From NCBI GenBank assembly GCA_029259175.1, contig JAPDJH010000012.1:1-62624 (forward strand): a stretch of DNA of 62,624 bases, written 5' to 3'. The stretch comes from Hadesarchaea archaeon. GTDB taxonomy: Archaea > Hadarchaeota > Hadarchaeia > Hadarchaeales > Hadarchaeaceae. Below the pieces are notes generated by a model. It was given only the letters and a program-made list of their open reading frames with translations. It did not search any database and was not told where the DNA came from. The number at the start of each line of letters is the position of its first letter. Within the stretch, counting starts at the first letter, position 1. Below are positions 20,793-33,200 of this stretch, in pieces. Made by a program: the position numbers and the translations under genes.

Positions 20793-21735
20793 GATCGAAC
20801 TCGAAGACCTGCCGGGAATAGGCCGGGCAACGGCGGAAAAGCTCAGGAGTGCCGGGTTCAAAACCGTGCGGTCGCTGGCCATGGCATCAATAGATGAGGT
20901 GTGCACCATGGCGGAGGTAGGGGAAGCCACTGCGCGGAAGATAATCGAGGCGGCGAGAGAGCTGAGCGGGCTGGACCGGTTCATCACGGGAGAGGAAGTA
21001 CTGGAAATGCGGCAACGTGTGGGAAAGATCACGACGGGGAGCAAGAAGTTGGACGAACTGCTGGGAGGAGGGGTCGAGACGCGCGCAGTAACAGAAGCGT
21101 TCGGGGAATTCGGTTCTGGAAAAACGCAGTTGGGACATCAGCTGTGCGTGAATGTGCAGCTGAAACCCGAGATGGGAGGGCTCGAAGGCAAGGCCATCTA
21201 CATCGATACGGAGGGGACGTTCAGGAGCGAAAGGGTAAGCGATATGGCAGCAGCTGTGGGGCTGGATCCGCGCGAGGCACTGAGAAACATATTCTATGTG
21301 CGGGTGTTCAACACGGACCAGCAGATCGCCATGGTGAAAAAAGCTGAGGAGCTGGCGGAGAAGGAGCCCGTGCGCTTGGTGGTGGTGGATTCGCTCATGG
21401 CGCACTTCCGGGCGGAGTACATAGGGAGGGAGATGCTCGCCGAGAGACAGCAGAAGCTGAATCGACATCTAATGGATTTGCACCTCCTAGCCGATAGCTT
21501 CGATTTGGCGGTTTATATCACCAATCAGGTTCAGGCGGATCCCAGCATGTTCTTTGGGGATCCGACAAGACCGATCGGAGGACACGTGCTCGGGCACGCG
21601 GCGACCACTCGGATATATCTGAGAAAATCGAAAGCGCCGAGGCGGATCGCCAGGATTTATGACAGTCCACTGCTGCCGGAGAGAGAAGCTGTTTTTGTGA
21701 TCACGGTCGACGGGATAAGAGATCTCGAAGCGTAG
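20779..21735 (+). CDS. radA: DNA repair and recombination protein RadA
   Basis: N-terminal Hh[31 protein letters not shown]. Confidence 0.98.
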   Translation: MSKDKIELEDLPGIGRATAEKLRSAGFKTVRSLAMASIDEVCTMAEVGEATARKIIEAARELSGLDRFITGEEVLEMRQRVGKITTGSKKLDELLGGGVETRAVTEAFGEFGSGKTQLGHQLCVNVQLKPEMGGLEGKAIYIDTEGTFRSERVSDMAAAVGLDPREALRNIFYVRVFNTDQQIAMVKKAEELAEKEPVRLVVVDSLMAHFRAEYIGREMLAERQQKLNRHLMDLHLLADSFDLAVYITNQVQADPSMFFGDPTRPIGGHVLGHAATTRIYLRKSKAPRRIARIYDSPLLPEREAVFVITVDGIRDLEA

Positions 21736-21744
21736 GGTGGCACG

Positions 21745-22431
21745 GTGATCCGCCTTCTGGCTGTCGACATAGACGGAACAATCACCGGATTCGATCGGAG
21801 GCTGAATTTGGAAGCTGTGAAAGCGTTGCGCCTGGCCGAAGAGAAGGGAACGCCAGTAAGCCTGGCCAGTGGAAACACGCTGCCCTTTGTGGAAGCGGCT
21901 GCCACGCTCATCGGGACCACCGGGCCTCTGATCGCGGAAGACGGAGGAATCGTCTACGACCCAGTAACGAAAGAAACGAGGGTTTTGGGTAATCGGGAAG
22001 ACATCGAGCGAGCGCTGCAGATTCTGCGAGCGCGGCTAAGGGAAATCAGAGAAACGAGAAGCTCGCCGTTCAGACTCACTGGGGCAACGCTGGAAAGAAC
22101 TGTTCCGCTGGAGAAAGTCGAGCAGGTTTTGCGCGATGCAGGACTGCCGCTGGTTGCCGTGGACTCCGGGTTCGCGATTCACCTACGAAATCCGGAAGTC
22201 AACAAGGGGCGCGCGTTGCGGGTCGCCGCAGAAATACGGGGCATACTGCTCAGCGAGACGGCTGCGATAGCGGACGGGCCGAACGATGTGGAGCTGTTGC
22301 GTTTTGCGGGGGAGAGTTTTGCGGTGGGTAATGCCCCCGAGGATGTGAAGCGGGTGGCAAAACACGTTCTCGATGAGGAGAACGGGGCGGGAGTGGTCAA
22401 AGCAGTTAGACTCATTCTCGGGCTCGAGTGA
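21745..22431 (+). CDS. HAD-IIB phosphoglycolate phosphatase (archaeal type)
   Basis: DIDGTIT, ASGN, AEDGG, NKG, DGPND. Confidence 0.9.
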   Translation: MIRLLAVDIDGTITGFDRRLNLEAVKALRLAEEKGTPVSLASGNTLPFVEAAATLIGTTGPLIAEDGGIVYDPVTKETRVLGNREDIERALQILRARLREIRETRSSPFRLTGATLERTVPLEKVEQVLRDAGLPLVAVDSGFAIHLRNPEVNKGRALRVAAEIRGILLSETAAIADGPNDVELLRFAGESFAVGNAPEDVKRVAKHVLDEENGAGVVKAVRLILGLE

Positions 22432-23134
22432 ACGGTCGCAGTTCCAGAGCAAAACGCTTGAACTCGCGTGCCGACGGGGAACGTGCTTCTCGGACCACCA
22501 CTGGCTCGCCTATGGCCGAGGAGTGACGCACGGCGCGATCTTCAGGGATGACAGCGAGCACTGGGAGATCGAGAATGCCGGACACCTCGCTTTCGGAGAG
22601 TTCGGAAACTCCCTCTTTGAGGCGAGTGAGGATTACCCCGAGGAGTTTGACATCGAGCCGTTCGCAAACCAGTTTCGTTTTAAGGGCGTTGGAGAGTGCG
22701 GGCAAGTCGGGGGTCACCACGATGATGGCTTCTCTTAGCAGACCCATCACGGTGAGGGCATCGCGGTCGAGACCGGAAGGCACATCGATGAGAACCAGAT
22801 CGAACTGGCGGGCGAGCTGGTCGATCACGCGCTTGAGGCGGTCGAGCTTGGCCTTTTGGATTCCCTCAAGGGGGATTCCGCCTGGGACTATGCGAACGCC
22901 CTCGGGGCCGCGGCAGATGGCCTTGGAGAGGGGTGCCTCGCCGGCCAGAACATCGTGGAGGGTTGTTTTGTGGTCTTCAACCCCCAGCAACAGGGAGAGG
23001 TTCGCCATGGTCAGATCGCAGTCGACGATAACGACTCGGCGGCCGAGGCGGGCAAGGGCGACGCCCAGATTGGCGACTACGGTGGATTTTCCAGAACCGC
23101 CCTTGCTACAGACAAAGCCAATGATGCGAGCCAT
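22412..23134 (-). CDS. minD: MinD-family ATPase
   Basis: Deviant Walker A KGGSGKST, DCDLTMANL, IPED..VR. Confidence 0.9.
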   Translation of the reverse strand: MARIIGFVCSKGGSGKSTVVANLGVALARLGRRVVIVDCDLTMANLSLLLGVEDHKTTLHDVLAGEAPLSKAICRGPEGVRIVPGGIPLEGIQKAKLDRLKRVIDQLARQFDLVLIDVPSGLDRDALTVMGLLREAIIVVTPDLPALSNALKTKLVCERLDVKLLGVILTRLKEGVSELSESEVSGILDLPVLAVIPEDRAVRHSSAIGEPVVVREARSPSAREFKRFALELRPFTRARE

Positions 23135-23173
23135 AGAAACCTATTCAAACTAGCGAGGACGTCGTAAAAGGTT

Positions 23174-23545
23174 TCACTCGGAGAGGACCGTTCGAACGCG
23201 CTCGATCAGCTCTGGGGGATCAAAGGGCTTGGTGAGATAGTGGGAGACTCCTAGGCGCTCCATTTGTTTACGGGCCTCTGCTTCCAGCGTGACGGCGGTG
23301 AGGAACAACACGCGCTGCTTGGGCTTGATTTTCAGAAGTCGCTTGTAGGTCTCCCAGCCGTCGAGCTCGGGCATCATGACGTCGAGAATCACGAGATCCG
23401 GCTTCTCGTCGGGAAAGCGCTCCAAGCACTGGCGGCCGTTCTCGCACTGCACAATTTTGTGGCCCTGCTTTTTCAGGATTTTCTCTATGAGCTTGCGGAT
23501 GTCGGGCTCGTCGTCGACAACCATTATTTTTGCCATCGATTTCAA
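23174..23545 (-). CDS. Stand-alone response-regulator receiver protein
   Basis: VVDDE, LDVMMP, LTA, KPF. Confidence 0.93.
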   Translation of the reverse strand: MKSMAKIMVVDDEPDIRKLIEKILKKQGHKIVQCENGRQCLERFPDEKPDLVILDVMMPELDGWETYKRLLKIKPKQRVLFLTAVTLEAEARKQMERLGVSHYLTKPFDPPELIERVRTVLSE

Positions 23546-23594
23546 TAAAACATGCTACGATTTAAGACTTCATTGCGAAGAGCTAAAAGGGATC

Positions 23595-24278
23595 ATGCGA
23601 GTGGGGCTGATAGCTGACATTCACTCCAACTTGGAGGCGCTAAAAGCCGTTCTTCACGACATGCCACGTGTCGATATGATGCTCTGTGCGGGAGACATAG
23701 TCGGATGGTGTGCAAGACCCGGGGAGGTGATAAAAACCATTCGGAGGCGTAAGATGCTAACAGTAAAGGGAGAACACGATGAAGCTGCGGCCAGTGGGAA
23801 AATCGGCCTGGTGCGGGGAAGTGCGGCTGAAGTGATACAGTGGACCAAGAAAAAACTCGGAGGCCGGGAGCTCGGCTTCTTGGGCGATCTGCCCCTCAAA
23901 CAAGAAATTACGATTTCGGACTACAAGATACTCATGGTTCACGGCAGTCCGCTAGAGCCGCTCAGAGGAAGAATGAAAGCCAGCGATTTGGAGGAAATGG
24001 CCCGCTCAGTTCGGGATACGGATGCAGATGTAATAGTGGTCGGGCACACGCATTTTCCCTTTCAGAAAATGGTGCTCGGAAAGCTAGTGATCAACCCGGG
24101 AAGCGTCGGGCTGCCCAAAGACAGGGATCCGCGCGCGAGCTATGCCTTACTAGAGCTGGGAAGAGAGATCAAGGTCGTGCATCGAAAGGTCGAATACGAT
24201 GTTGAACGGACAAAGCTGGCGATACGCCGGGCCGGGCTTCCGGGGGAGATCGCCGTCAGGCTATCCTTCGGATGGTGA
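23595..24278 (+). CDS. Calcineurin-like metallophosphoesterase (YfcE/MJ0912-like)
   Basis: DIHSN, GDIVG, GEHD, HGSP, GHTH, NPGSVG; ATG 23595. Confidence 0.9.
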   Translation: MRVGLIADIHSNLEALKAVLHDMPRVDMMLCAGDIVGWCARPGEVIKTIRRRKMLTVKGEHDEAAASGKIGLVRGSAAEVIQWTKKKLGGRELGFLGDLPLKQEITISDYKILMVHGSPLEPLRGRMKASDLEEMARSVRDTDADVIVVGHTHFPFQKMVLGKLVINPGSVGLPKDRDPRASYALLELGREIKVVHRKVEYDVERTKLAIRRAGLPGEIAVRLSFGW

Positions 24279-24605
24279 GGGCTGGGAGCCGGAGGACTTG
24301 AGGCGCTGGATCGCCAGAACCCGTTCGTTTACCACCACGTAGTCGCGGATGGACATCACGGCTCCAAAGGGGATGGAGATGTTGCCGTCCTCAGTTCTGG
24401 GTATGCTCGGAAACACGTCTGCGGACACCGGACGAACCAAGATGGAGAGGATGCGCCCGTCGCTCTCATCAAAAACCACATCAACCAGCCGTCCTATCTG
24501 GGCACCGTGATCGGTCATGACGCCGATGGATCTCAGGCGACCGAGAAGAACTTGGGCCAGCGGAATCACCTCGTGCTTACATAGTGGGCAGATTTTATAA
24601 AGCAT
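24261..24605 (-). CDS. PRC-barrel domain protein
   Basis: VMTDHGAQIGRLVDVVFD..GRI..IPFGAVMSIRDYVVV; the true start is probably ~24560, after a GGTGA RBS. Confidence 0.85.
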   Translation of the reverse strand: MLYKICPLCKHEVIPLAQVLLGRLRSIGVMTDHGAQIGRLVDVVFDESDGRILSILVRPVSADVFPSIPRTEDGNISIPFGAVMSIRDYVVVNERVLAIQRLKSSGSQPSPSEG

Positions 24606-24616
24606 TCGTGGAGATT

Positions 24617-27468
<2,852 letters not shown>

Positions 27469-27475
27469 CCTCCCC

Positions 27476-27745
27476 TCACCTCCGCACCACTTCGAATCGC
27501 ATCCATTTAAGGACTTCCTCGAACTCGCGGCATACCTCCTCCACGAGCCGAGCGTATCGCTTCTCGATGAGCAGGGTGCTGCGATTCACGAACTCCCAGC
27601 ACTCGCGGGGGATCTGATCGAGCACGCCATTGGAGTGGGCGATCCCGTTCTTCGTTTTGTAGTCATAGCCGAAGAGGGCACGGTAGAAGCGCGTGGCCGG
27701 GGTTCCGCGGCACTTCACGTCCCACACGATGAGCACTTTAGGCAT
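27476..27745 (-). CDS. Small Cas2/VapD/PaaX-like ferredoxin-fold protein
   Basis: VLIVWDV (strand then Asp), helix TRFYRALFG, VNRSTLLI; GAGGTGA RBS upstream; first gene of the hsp20-cdc48 operon. Confidence 0.65.
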   Translation of the reverse strand: MPKVLIVWDVKCRGTPATRFYRALFGYDYKTKNGIAHSNGVLDQIPRECWEFVNRSTLLIEKRYARLVEEVCREFEEVLKWMRFEVVRR

Positions 27746-27759
27746 GTGGACTCACCTCA

Positions 27760-27814
27760 TTTGTTATATATATAACAAACGGGTATTTAAAGCTTTTGTT
27801 ATATTTATAACAAA
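27760..27814. promoter_or_regulatory. Two 20-bp palindromic operator-like sites flanking a TTTAAA box
   Basis: TTTGTTATATATATAACAAA at 27760-27779 (perfect palindrome) and TTTGTTATATTTATAACAAA at 27795-27814 (one mismatch); TTTAAA at 27786-27791. Confidence 0.8.
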
Positions 27815-27862
27815 TGTGAAACACGTATGCGGTGAAATTTTAACCCCGAAAACCTAGGAGGT

Positions 27863-28738
27863 TTGGTGAAGACTTTGATAGTGATCGGCGGCTCGGCCTC
27901 ACCCAAGCTCTCGGCCAGAGTTTCGCGCCTGTTGCGGTGCCGTCTGGTGAGGCCCGAGCTAAAGCGGTTTCCCGATGGAGAGCTCTACGTCAGGATAAAA
28001 GCGGATCTGCGCCGGCGGCACGTGGTGGTGGTTCAGTCCACCCCGGCCCCTCAGAACGACAACCTCATGGAACTCTTGCTCCTCCTTCACACCAGCAGCG
28101 AGCTCGGTGCCAGAAAGATAACAGCAGTAGTGCCCTACCTCGCCTACGCCCGTCAGGACAAGCGGTTCAAGCCCGGCGAAGCCGTGAGCCTGCGCACCGT
28201 GGCCCGGTTGGTGGAGAGCGCCGGAGCCGACGAGCTGATAACCGTTGACATCCACGAGGAGCACAGCTTGGATGATTTCACCATTCCGGCTCGAAACCTG
28301 ACAGCCATGCCCCTGCTCGGCCAGTACCTGAAGCGACTGAGGCTCAAAAGGCCAGTTGTGATCGGTGGGGACCAGGGCTCCGAACCCAGGGCAAAAATGG
28401 TCGCCCAGCCCCTCGGCGCCCCATACGACTACTTGGTGAAGCACCGGATTACGCCGACCCGCGTTGTGACCAAACCCAAGAAGCTGGACGTTCGCGGACA
28501 CGAAGCAATCATTGCGGACGACATCATAAGCACCGGCGGAACCGTGATCGAGGCCGCGCGAATCCTGAAGCGGCAGGGGGCCGCCCGTATCTACGCCGTG
28601 TGCACCCACGGCGTTTTCGCCCACAACGCCCTCAAACGGCTCCAACGGGCGGGGATCACCGTGGTATCCACTGACACCATCGAGGGACCCACGAGCAGGG
28701 TCTCGGTCGCACCGCTGGTGGCCCAAGCTCTTGCCTGA
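27863..28738 (+). CDS. prs: Ribose-phosphate pyrophosphokinase
   Basis: FPDGE, PYLAYARQDKRF, DDIISTGGT, THG. Confidence 0.96.
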   Translation: MVKTLIVIGGSASPKLSARVSRLLRCRLVRPELKRFPDGELYVRIKADLRRRHVVVVQSTPAPQNDNLMELLLLLHTSSELGARKITAVVPYLAYARQDKRFKPGEAVSLRTVARLVESAGADELITVDIHEEHSLDDFTIPARNLTAMPLLGQYLKRLRLKRPVVIGGDQGSEPRAKMVAQPLGAPYDYLVKHRITPTRVVTKPKKLDVRGHEAIIADDIISTGGTVIEAARILKRQGAARIYAVCTHGVFAHNALKRLQRAGITVVSTDTIEGPTSRVSVAPLVAQALA

Positions 28739-28750
28739 AAGAGGGTAAAC

Positions 28751-29782
28751 ATGCAGCGACTGTTTTTCTGGCTCTCCGGAGAGCATCCCACTCTGCCCGC
28801 CAGCGAGGTGGTGGGGGCCATCGAAGCGGAGGGCAAGCGATTCCGCATTCTCGAAAAGTATGACTGCGCCTTGGTGCTGGAAACCGATGCCAATCCCCTC
28901 GCTCTGGCCAATAGACTGGCATTCACTAGGCGAATCGGGCTTCACCTGTGGACCTGCGAAGCCGATGAGACACAGATCCTCGCAGCGGTCAGCAACTCTG
29001 ATCTGATTGACCTGATCCCGCGCTCCAAAAGCTTTGCCGTGAAAGTCCACCGGGTAAGACGAAGCGCCCCAGAACTCAACTCGGTGGGACTGGCGGGGAA
29101 GATAGCCGCCGTTTTGAAGCGCGAGGTGGACTTCAAAGCGGATCTGGAAAACCCGGAGGTGGAACTCTTCGCTCTGCTCACGGAGGACGTATGCATCGGC
29201 GGCTTGATCCTAGCGGATGTCGACACCAAAGCGTTCTCGGAGCGGGAGCCGAGCAGGCGTCCCGTCTTCCATCCGAGTTCACTGCCTCCAAAACTTGGGC
29301 GGTGCTTGGTCAACTTGGCTCGCACTCCACGAAGCGGATACTTTCTCGACCCCTTCTGCGGAGTGGGAGGAATCCTCATCGAAGCCGGGCTTATCGGTGC
29401 GCGGGTGGTTGGAATAGACAAAGACCCCGAAATGGTGGAAGGTGCGAAACGCAATTTGGAATGGGCTGGAATCAAAAATTTCGAGGTGCGGGCGGGCGAC
29501 GCGAGAGAACTCGGGGACTTCTCGGTCCAGGCCATTGCCACGGATCCTCCTTACGGCCGGCAGGCGAGCACGCGCGGCTCCGATCTCCCCCAGCTCTACT
29601 CGGACGCGTTGCCGTCCATGGCCGGAGTTCTAGCACCCCACCGGTGGATGTGCGTATCCGCGCCGCAAGGCCTCCCGTTAGAGGACTACGCAAGAGAAGC
29701 GGGGTTGCGGATCGAGGAAAGGCACAACCAAAGAGTGCACAGCACCCTCACGCGGTGCATTTACGTGTTGAAGCGGAAGTGA
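28751..29782 (+). CDS. THUMP-domain tRNA m2G10 methyltransferase (Trm11/TrmG10-like)
   Basis: LSGEHPTLP, THUMP region, DPFCGVGG, TDPPYG. Confidence 0.9.
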   Translation: MQRLFFWLSGEHPTLPASEVVGAIEAEGKRFRILEKYDCALVLETDANPLALANRLAFTRRIGLHLWTCEADETQILAAVSNSDLIDLIPRSKSFAVKVHRVRRSAPELNSVGLAGKIAAVLKREVDFKADLENPEVELFALLTEDVCIGGLILADVDTKAFSEREPSRRPVFHPSSLPPKLGRCLVNLARTPRSGYFLDPFCGVGGILIEAGLIGARVVGIDKDPEMVEGAKRNLEWAGIKNFEVRAGDARELGDFSVQAIATDPPYGRQASTRGSDLPQLYSDALPSMAGVLAPHRWMCVSAPQGLPLEDYAREAGLRIEERHNQRVHSTLTRCIYVLKRK

Positions 29783-29796
29783 GGGGTGGGGAGTCG

Positions 29797-30711
29797 GTGC
29801 AGCTCAAAATCGTGTTCCTCGGAACAACGGGAAGCATCCCCACACCGAAGCGGGGGATGCCGGCCATAGCGATCAAGCGAGGAGGCGAGCTGCTCCTCTT
29901 CGACTGCGGAGAGGGGACCCAGCGCCAGATGGTACGAGCGCACTTGAGCCCTCTGAAGCTCGACGCCATCTTCATAACCCATCTGCACGGGGACCACTTT
30001 CTCGGGCTGGCCGGGCTTGTTCAGACCATGTCACTACAGGACCGGCGAAAGCCGCTCGAAATCTACTGTCCGGCTGGAGAGGGAGAACGCATCCGGACCT
30101 TTCTCCGAATCCCGCACTACACGATCACCTTTGAGGTGCGGGTCAAGGAACTCGTGCCCGGCGCCGAAGTGGTGCGGAACGGTTATCGAATCCTCACCGC
30201 AGAACCGGAACACTCCGTCCCCCAGCTCGCATACGCGCTCGTGGAAGATGAGCGGCCAGGCAAGCTGAATGTCGAGAAAGCCGTTTCACTCGGTGTAGAA
30301 CCAGGACCAGATTTTGCAAAGCTGAAGGCTGGAGAGCCGATCAAGCTCCCCAACGGAAGGGTGGTGAAGCCTGAAGAGGTGGTGGGCCCGCCGAGGCCCG
30401 GAAGAAAAATCGTGTATTCGGGAGACACGCGCCCGGCAGAGAGCATCGTGGAACTGGCGCGGGAGGCCGACGTGCTGATTCACGAGTGCACGCTGGCGGA
30501 GGACTTGAGAGAGAAAGCGGACGAGACCCTTCACTCGACACCCGTGGGGGCGGCAGAGGTGGCGAAGCGGGCCGGCGTGAAGCAGCTCGTGCTGGTACAC
30601 ATAAGCCCGAGGTACGAAGATCCGAAAGTGTTGCTCGAACAGGCACGCGCGGTCTTCCCGAACACCATCGTTGCGGAAGACCTAATGGAACTCGAAATCC
30701 CGTTGAAGTAA
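29797..30711 (+). CDS. rnz: Ribonuclease Z
   Basis: FLGT..PT..R, DCGEGTQRQ, THLHGDH, SGDTRP, HST; GTG 29797. Confidence 0.96.
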   Translation: MQLKIVFLGTTGSIPTPKRGMPAIAIKRGGELLLFDCGEGTQRQMVRAHLSPLKLDAIFITHLHGDHFLGLAGLVQTMSLQDRRKPLEIYCPAGEGERIRTFLRIPHYTITFEVRVKELVPGAEVVRNGYRILTAEPEHSVPQLAYALVEDERPGKLNVEKAVSLGVEPGPDFAKLKAGEPIKLPNGRVVKPEEVVGPPRPGRKIVYSGDTRPAESIVELAREADVLIHECTLAEDLREKADETLHSTPVGAAEVAKRAGVKQLVLVHISPRYEDPKVLLEQARAVFPNTIVAEDLMELEIPLK

Positions 30712-30814
30712 TATAACTCGTCAGTCCCTTCTCAACCTTCATCAATATCGCTTTTAGTTCTCAGGACACAGAAGAAGCATTACTAGTTGATGGATAGTGT
30801 GACACTATTCGAGA

Positions 30815-31431
30815 TCAGCTCCAATTTCTGACCGATTGGGGCTGAGTGTGCTGATCAGAAATTTTTACTCCTTCTTTTTTTGGCCGAGCTTTTTCTATTA
30901 TTTGGAGAACTTCATACGGATTGGGGACATATCGGAACGCCACACCCATGCCACCCGGACCTCCAGCTCTCCAACCTGTGCCCCATCCAAAACCAGCCAC
31001 TCTTGCGCTTATTGTGCCTGTACCGGCTATCTTGTCGAAAAATCCAATATGCACGACCAAGTCTTGAACTTTATCCCACTCAACCGAACTGTAACTTCTA
31101 CCAATAAAACCTCCAAATTGGATAAGCCTTTCATTAGTCACCGCATATTCAGCCAAGTTATACCTGCGCTTCGCAAATAGAATCAATATGATCAGTATCA
31201 AGAAGAAGAAACCCCCTATAAGAGCAAGTGTCGTGGCAAAGCCCCAAGTGTGACTGACTACAGCCAATATCCAAACTCCAAAGAATAAGGTGAAAAATAG
31301 AGCTCCTATAATTGAACCAAGAATGTGAGCAATCATGAAAGCTGTTTTTTGGGTTTACCTACCCAAATTAATCTCTCATTTTCTCTCAATAATTTCTGAA
31401 GAAGCAACGAAGCTTCTTGGTGTGCCATCAT
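30815..31431 (-). pseudogene. bPH_2 (DUF304-like) membrane protein with a frameshift in an A6 run
   Basis: The N-terminus MMAHQ..LRENERLIWVGKPKK is out of frame with the body MIAH..YAVTNERLI; the junction is the A6 run at 31345-31350. The segment is AT-rich. Confidence 0.7.
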
Positions 31432-31653
31432 CCATAGTTTTGTTCGTAAGCTTTCTTAAAAAATTATGTATGTATGGATTTGTCGAACAACCAACTAACA
31501 AAATCTGGTAGAACTTGGTTCCGTTCGAATAGGGAGGGGCTCAGACCGAAGGGTTCGATCATCAAATCTCTTGACCCTCTTCTCTTCATCGCCCTAAAAA
31601 CAGTGGATGGTTGCGGTTAAAGTATTAACTGAAAAACAACACGAGTCGAAAGA

Positions 31654-32304
31654 TCAGATCCCCTCAAACCGTATGCTCACCCCGGGAACACGATACCTGC
31701 GCGTGAGCTCGATCAGCAGGGCCACCGTGGACTCCACCAGCCGGCTGTTCCGGAGCGGACCACCGTCGATCGGCCGCATTCCCGGGATGAGGCGGATGAG
31801 CTCCGTCACGCGGCGCTTCGCCTCCTCATCATCGCCACAAATCACCACATCGCACGGGACCGGGCCCTGCTGCTGGAGCTGCTTCGCCCCGACCGTGTGA
31901 AAGGCCGACACCACCCTGCACTGGGGGAGCAAGCGAGCCACTTCTTCTGCCGCCGAGCCCGATGGGGGCGGGTCGTAGAAAATCCCCTCGCGGGTGAACC
32001 GCAGCGGAACGATCACGCTGAGGATTATTTTCTGCGGTGAGAGCGCCGGGCGTATCTCCTCCACGATGGATTCTAGACTGTGGAAGGGAATGCTCAGCAC
32101 TACGAGATCCGCCGCCTCAGCGGCCTGCCGGTTAGTGGCCCCCACTACCTTCCTTCCCGAGCGACTCGAGAGCTCGCGCGCTATCCGCTCGGCCTTCTCT
32201 CTCGACCGCGACCCGATCACAATCTTTTCCCCCGCTGCCGCCCAGTGCACTATCAGGCCACGACCGAGTTCCCCGGTACCACCTATGACCGCGATTCCGC
32301 CCAT
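31654..32304 (-). CDS. npdG: F420-dependent NADP oxidoreductase
   Basis: IGGTGELG, GSRS.EKA, GSAAEEVA, SAFHTV, DGGPLRNS; ATG 32304. Confidence 0.9.
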   Translation of the reverse strand: MGGIAVIGGTGELGRGLIVHWAAAGEKIVIGSRSREKAERIARELSSRSGRKVVGATNRQAAEAADLVVLSIPFHSLESIVEEIRPALSPQKIILSVIVPLRFTREGIFYDPPPSGSAAEEVARLLPQCRVVSAFHTVGAKQLQQQGPVPCDVVICGDDEEAKRRVTELIRLIPGMRPIDGGPLRNSRLVESTVALLIELTRRYRVPGVSIRFEGI

Positions 32305-32340
32305 GAGTACCCACAAATATCTGGGCTCCGACTTAAATCT

Positions 32341-32718
32341 GTGAAGCGTGTCCTGCTGTGGCTGCTCCCCGTGGTGGACGTCTTCAAGCTCCGTCGGATT
32401 CTGGAGTACTACCGCTCGATAGGGGTGCGGGTTCCGCTCAGACACGCGAAGCTCGGACTGGTAGAGCGCTGGGTGGGCTACTTACCAGCGGGGATGGCGA
32501 CCGGATGGATTCTAAACTTCCCAGCCGCTGTACTCATCATACTTGCCGCGTTCGCGATTGCGGGACCCCCAGAGCTGCTTCTCATGGCGCGAGGAGTCGC
32601 TCCGTGGAAGTTCTTCCATGGGCAGCCGCTACGAACGATTTGCACGGTCTTTCTCTTGGAGGCGTACAATGCCGCGGGATACTTTCTGCTCGGAGCGTTG
32701 ATCGGTAGTGTGCTTTAA
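32341..32718 (+). CDS. Hypothetical membrane protein
   Basis: Hydrophobic ORF divergent from npdG; GTG 32341 follows TTAAA. Confidence 0.65.
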   Translation: MKRVLLWLLPVVDVFKLRRILEYYRSIGVRVPLRHAKLGLVERWVGYLPAGMATGWILNFPAAVLIILAAFAIAGPPELLLMARGVAPWKFFHGQPLRTICTVFLLEAYNAAGYFLLGALIGSVL

Positions 32719-32792
32719 CACTGGAGATTGTCGCTTGCTTTTTAGAATATGTGTGCACAACTTCTCACACTCAAGGGGAACGCAAATCCTGA

Positions 32793-33200
32793 TCACGGAT
32801 AGGAGATCTCGGCCACCGGCTGTCCGTCCCGCGTTCGCGGCGCCAAGTAGTCGATGAGCCGCTCCAGATCGGGGGCCTCGAGTTCTACCATGATGGGGCC
32901 GAGCGGACTCTCCCCATCAGTGAAGCTGAGCTTTCCCACGAAAGCCGCCTGCTTGTTGAGGGCAAAACACGTTCGGTTGTCTGTTTTGTTCCGGAAGAGG
33001 ACCGACCGCGCCGTGTCCAGTATTTGGTGAGCCCTGAGCAGCTGGTGGATGCGGGAAAGTGCTGAGGGATCCGAGCTTTCTCCGAGCAAACGATCGCCCT
33101 CACGCGCAAACTCCAGCTGAGGGAAAAGGTTGCGCAGCGCCCGCTTGACCTTCTCCTCTGATTCCGAGGGGTGTACCGCAGTCCAGACCCTGAGTCTCAC
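32793..33200 (-). CDS. UPF0201 RNA-binding protein
   Basis: VHPSESEEKV.RAL.NLFP, ILDTAR, LNKQAA, SPLGPI. Confidence 0.9.
   Translation of the reverse strand: MRLRVWTAVHPSESEEKVKRALRNLFPQLEFAREGDRLLGESSDPSALSRIHQLLRAHQILDTARSVLFRNKTDNRTCFALNKQAAFVGKLSFTDGESPLGPIMVELEAPDLERLIDYLAPRTRDGQPVAEISYP

Noticed and set aside
27959-29050. Long antisense ORFs (this one, 9910..10629, 34533..35300, 51348..52127 and others)
   Set aside because: They are shadows of well-supported genes on the opposite strand in GC-rich DNA and carry no recognisable motifs.
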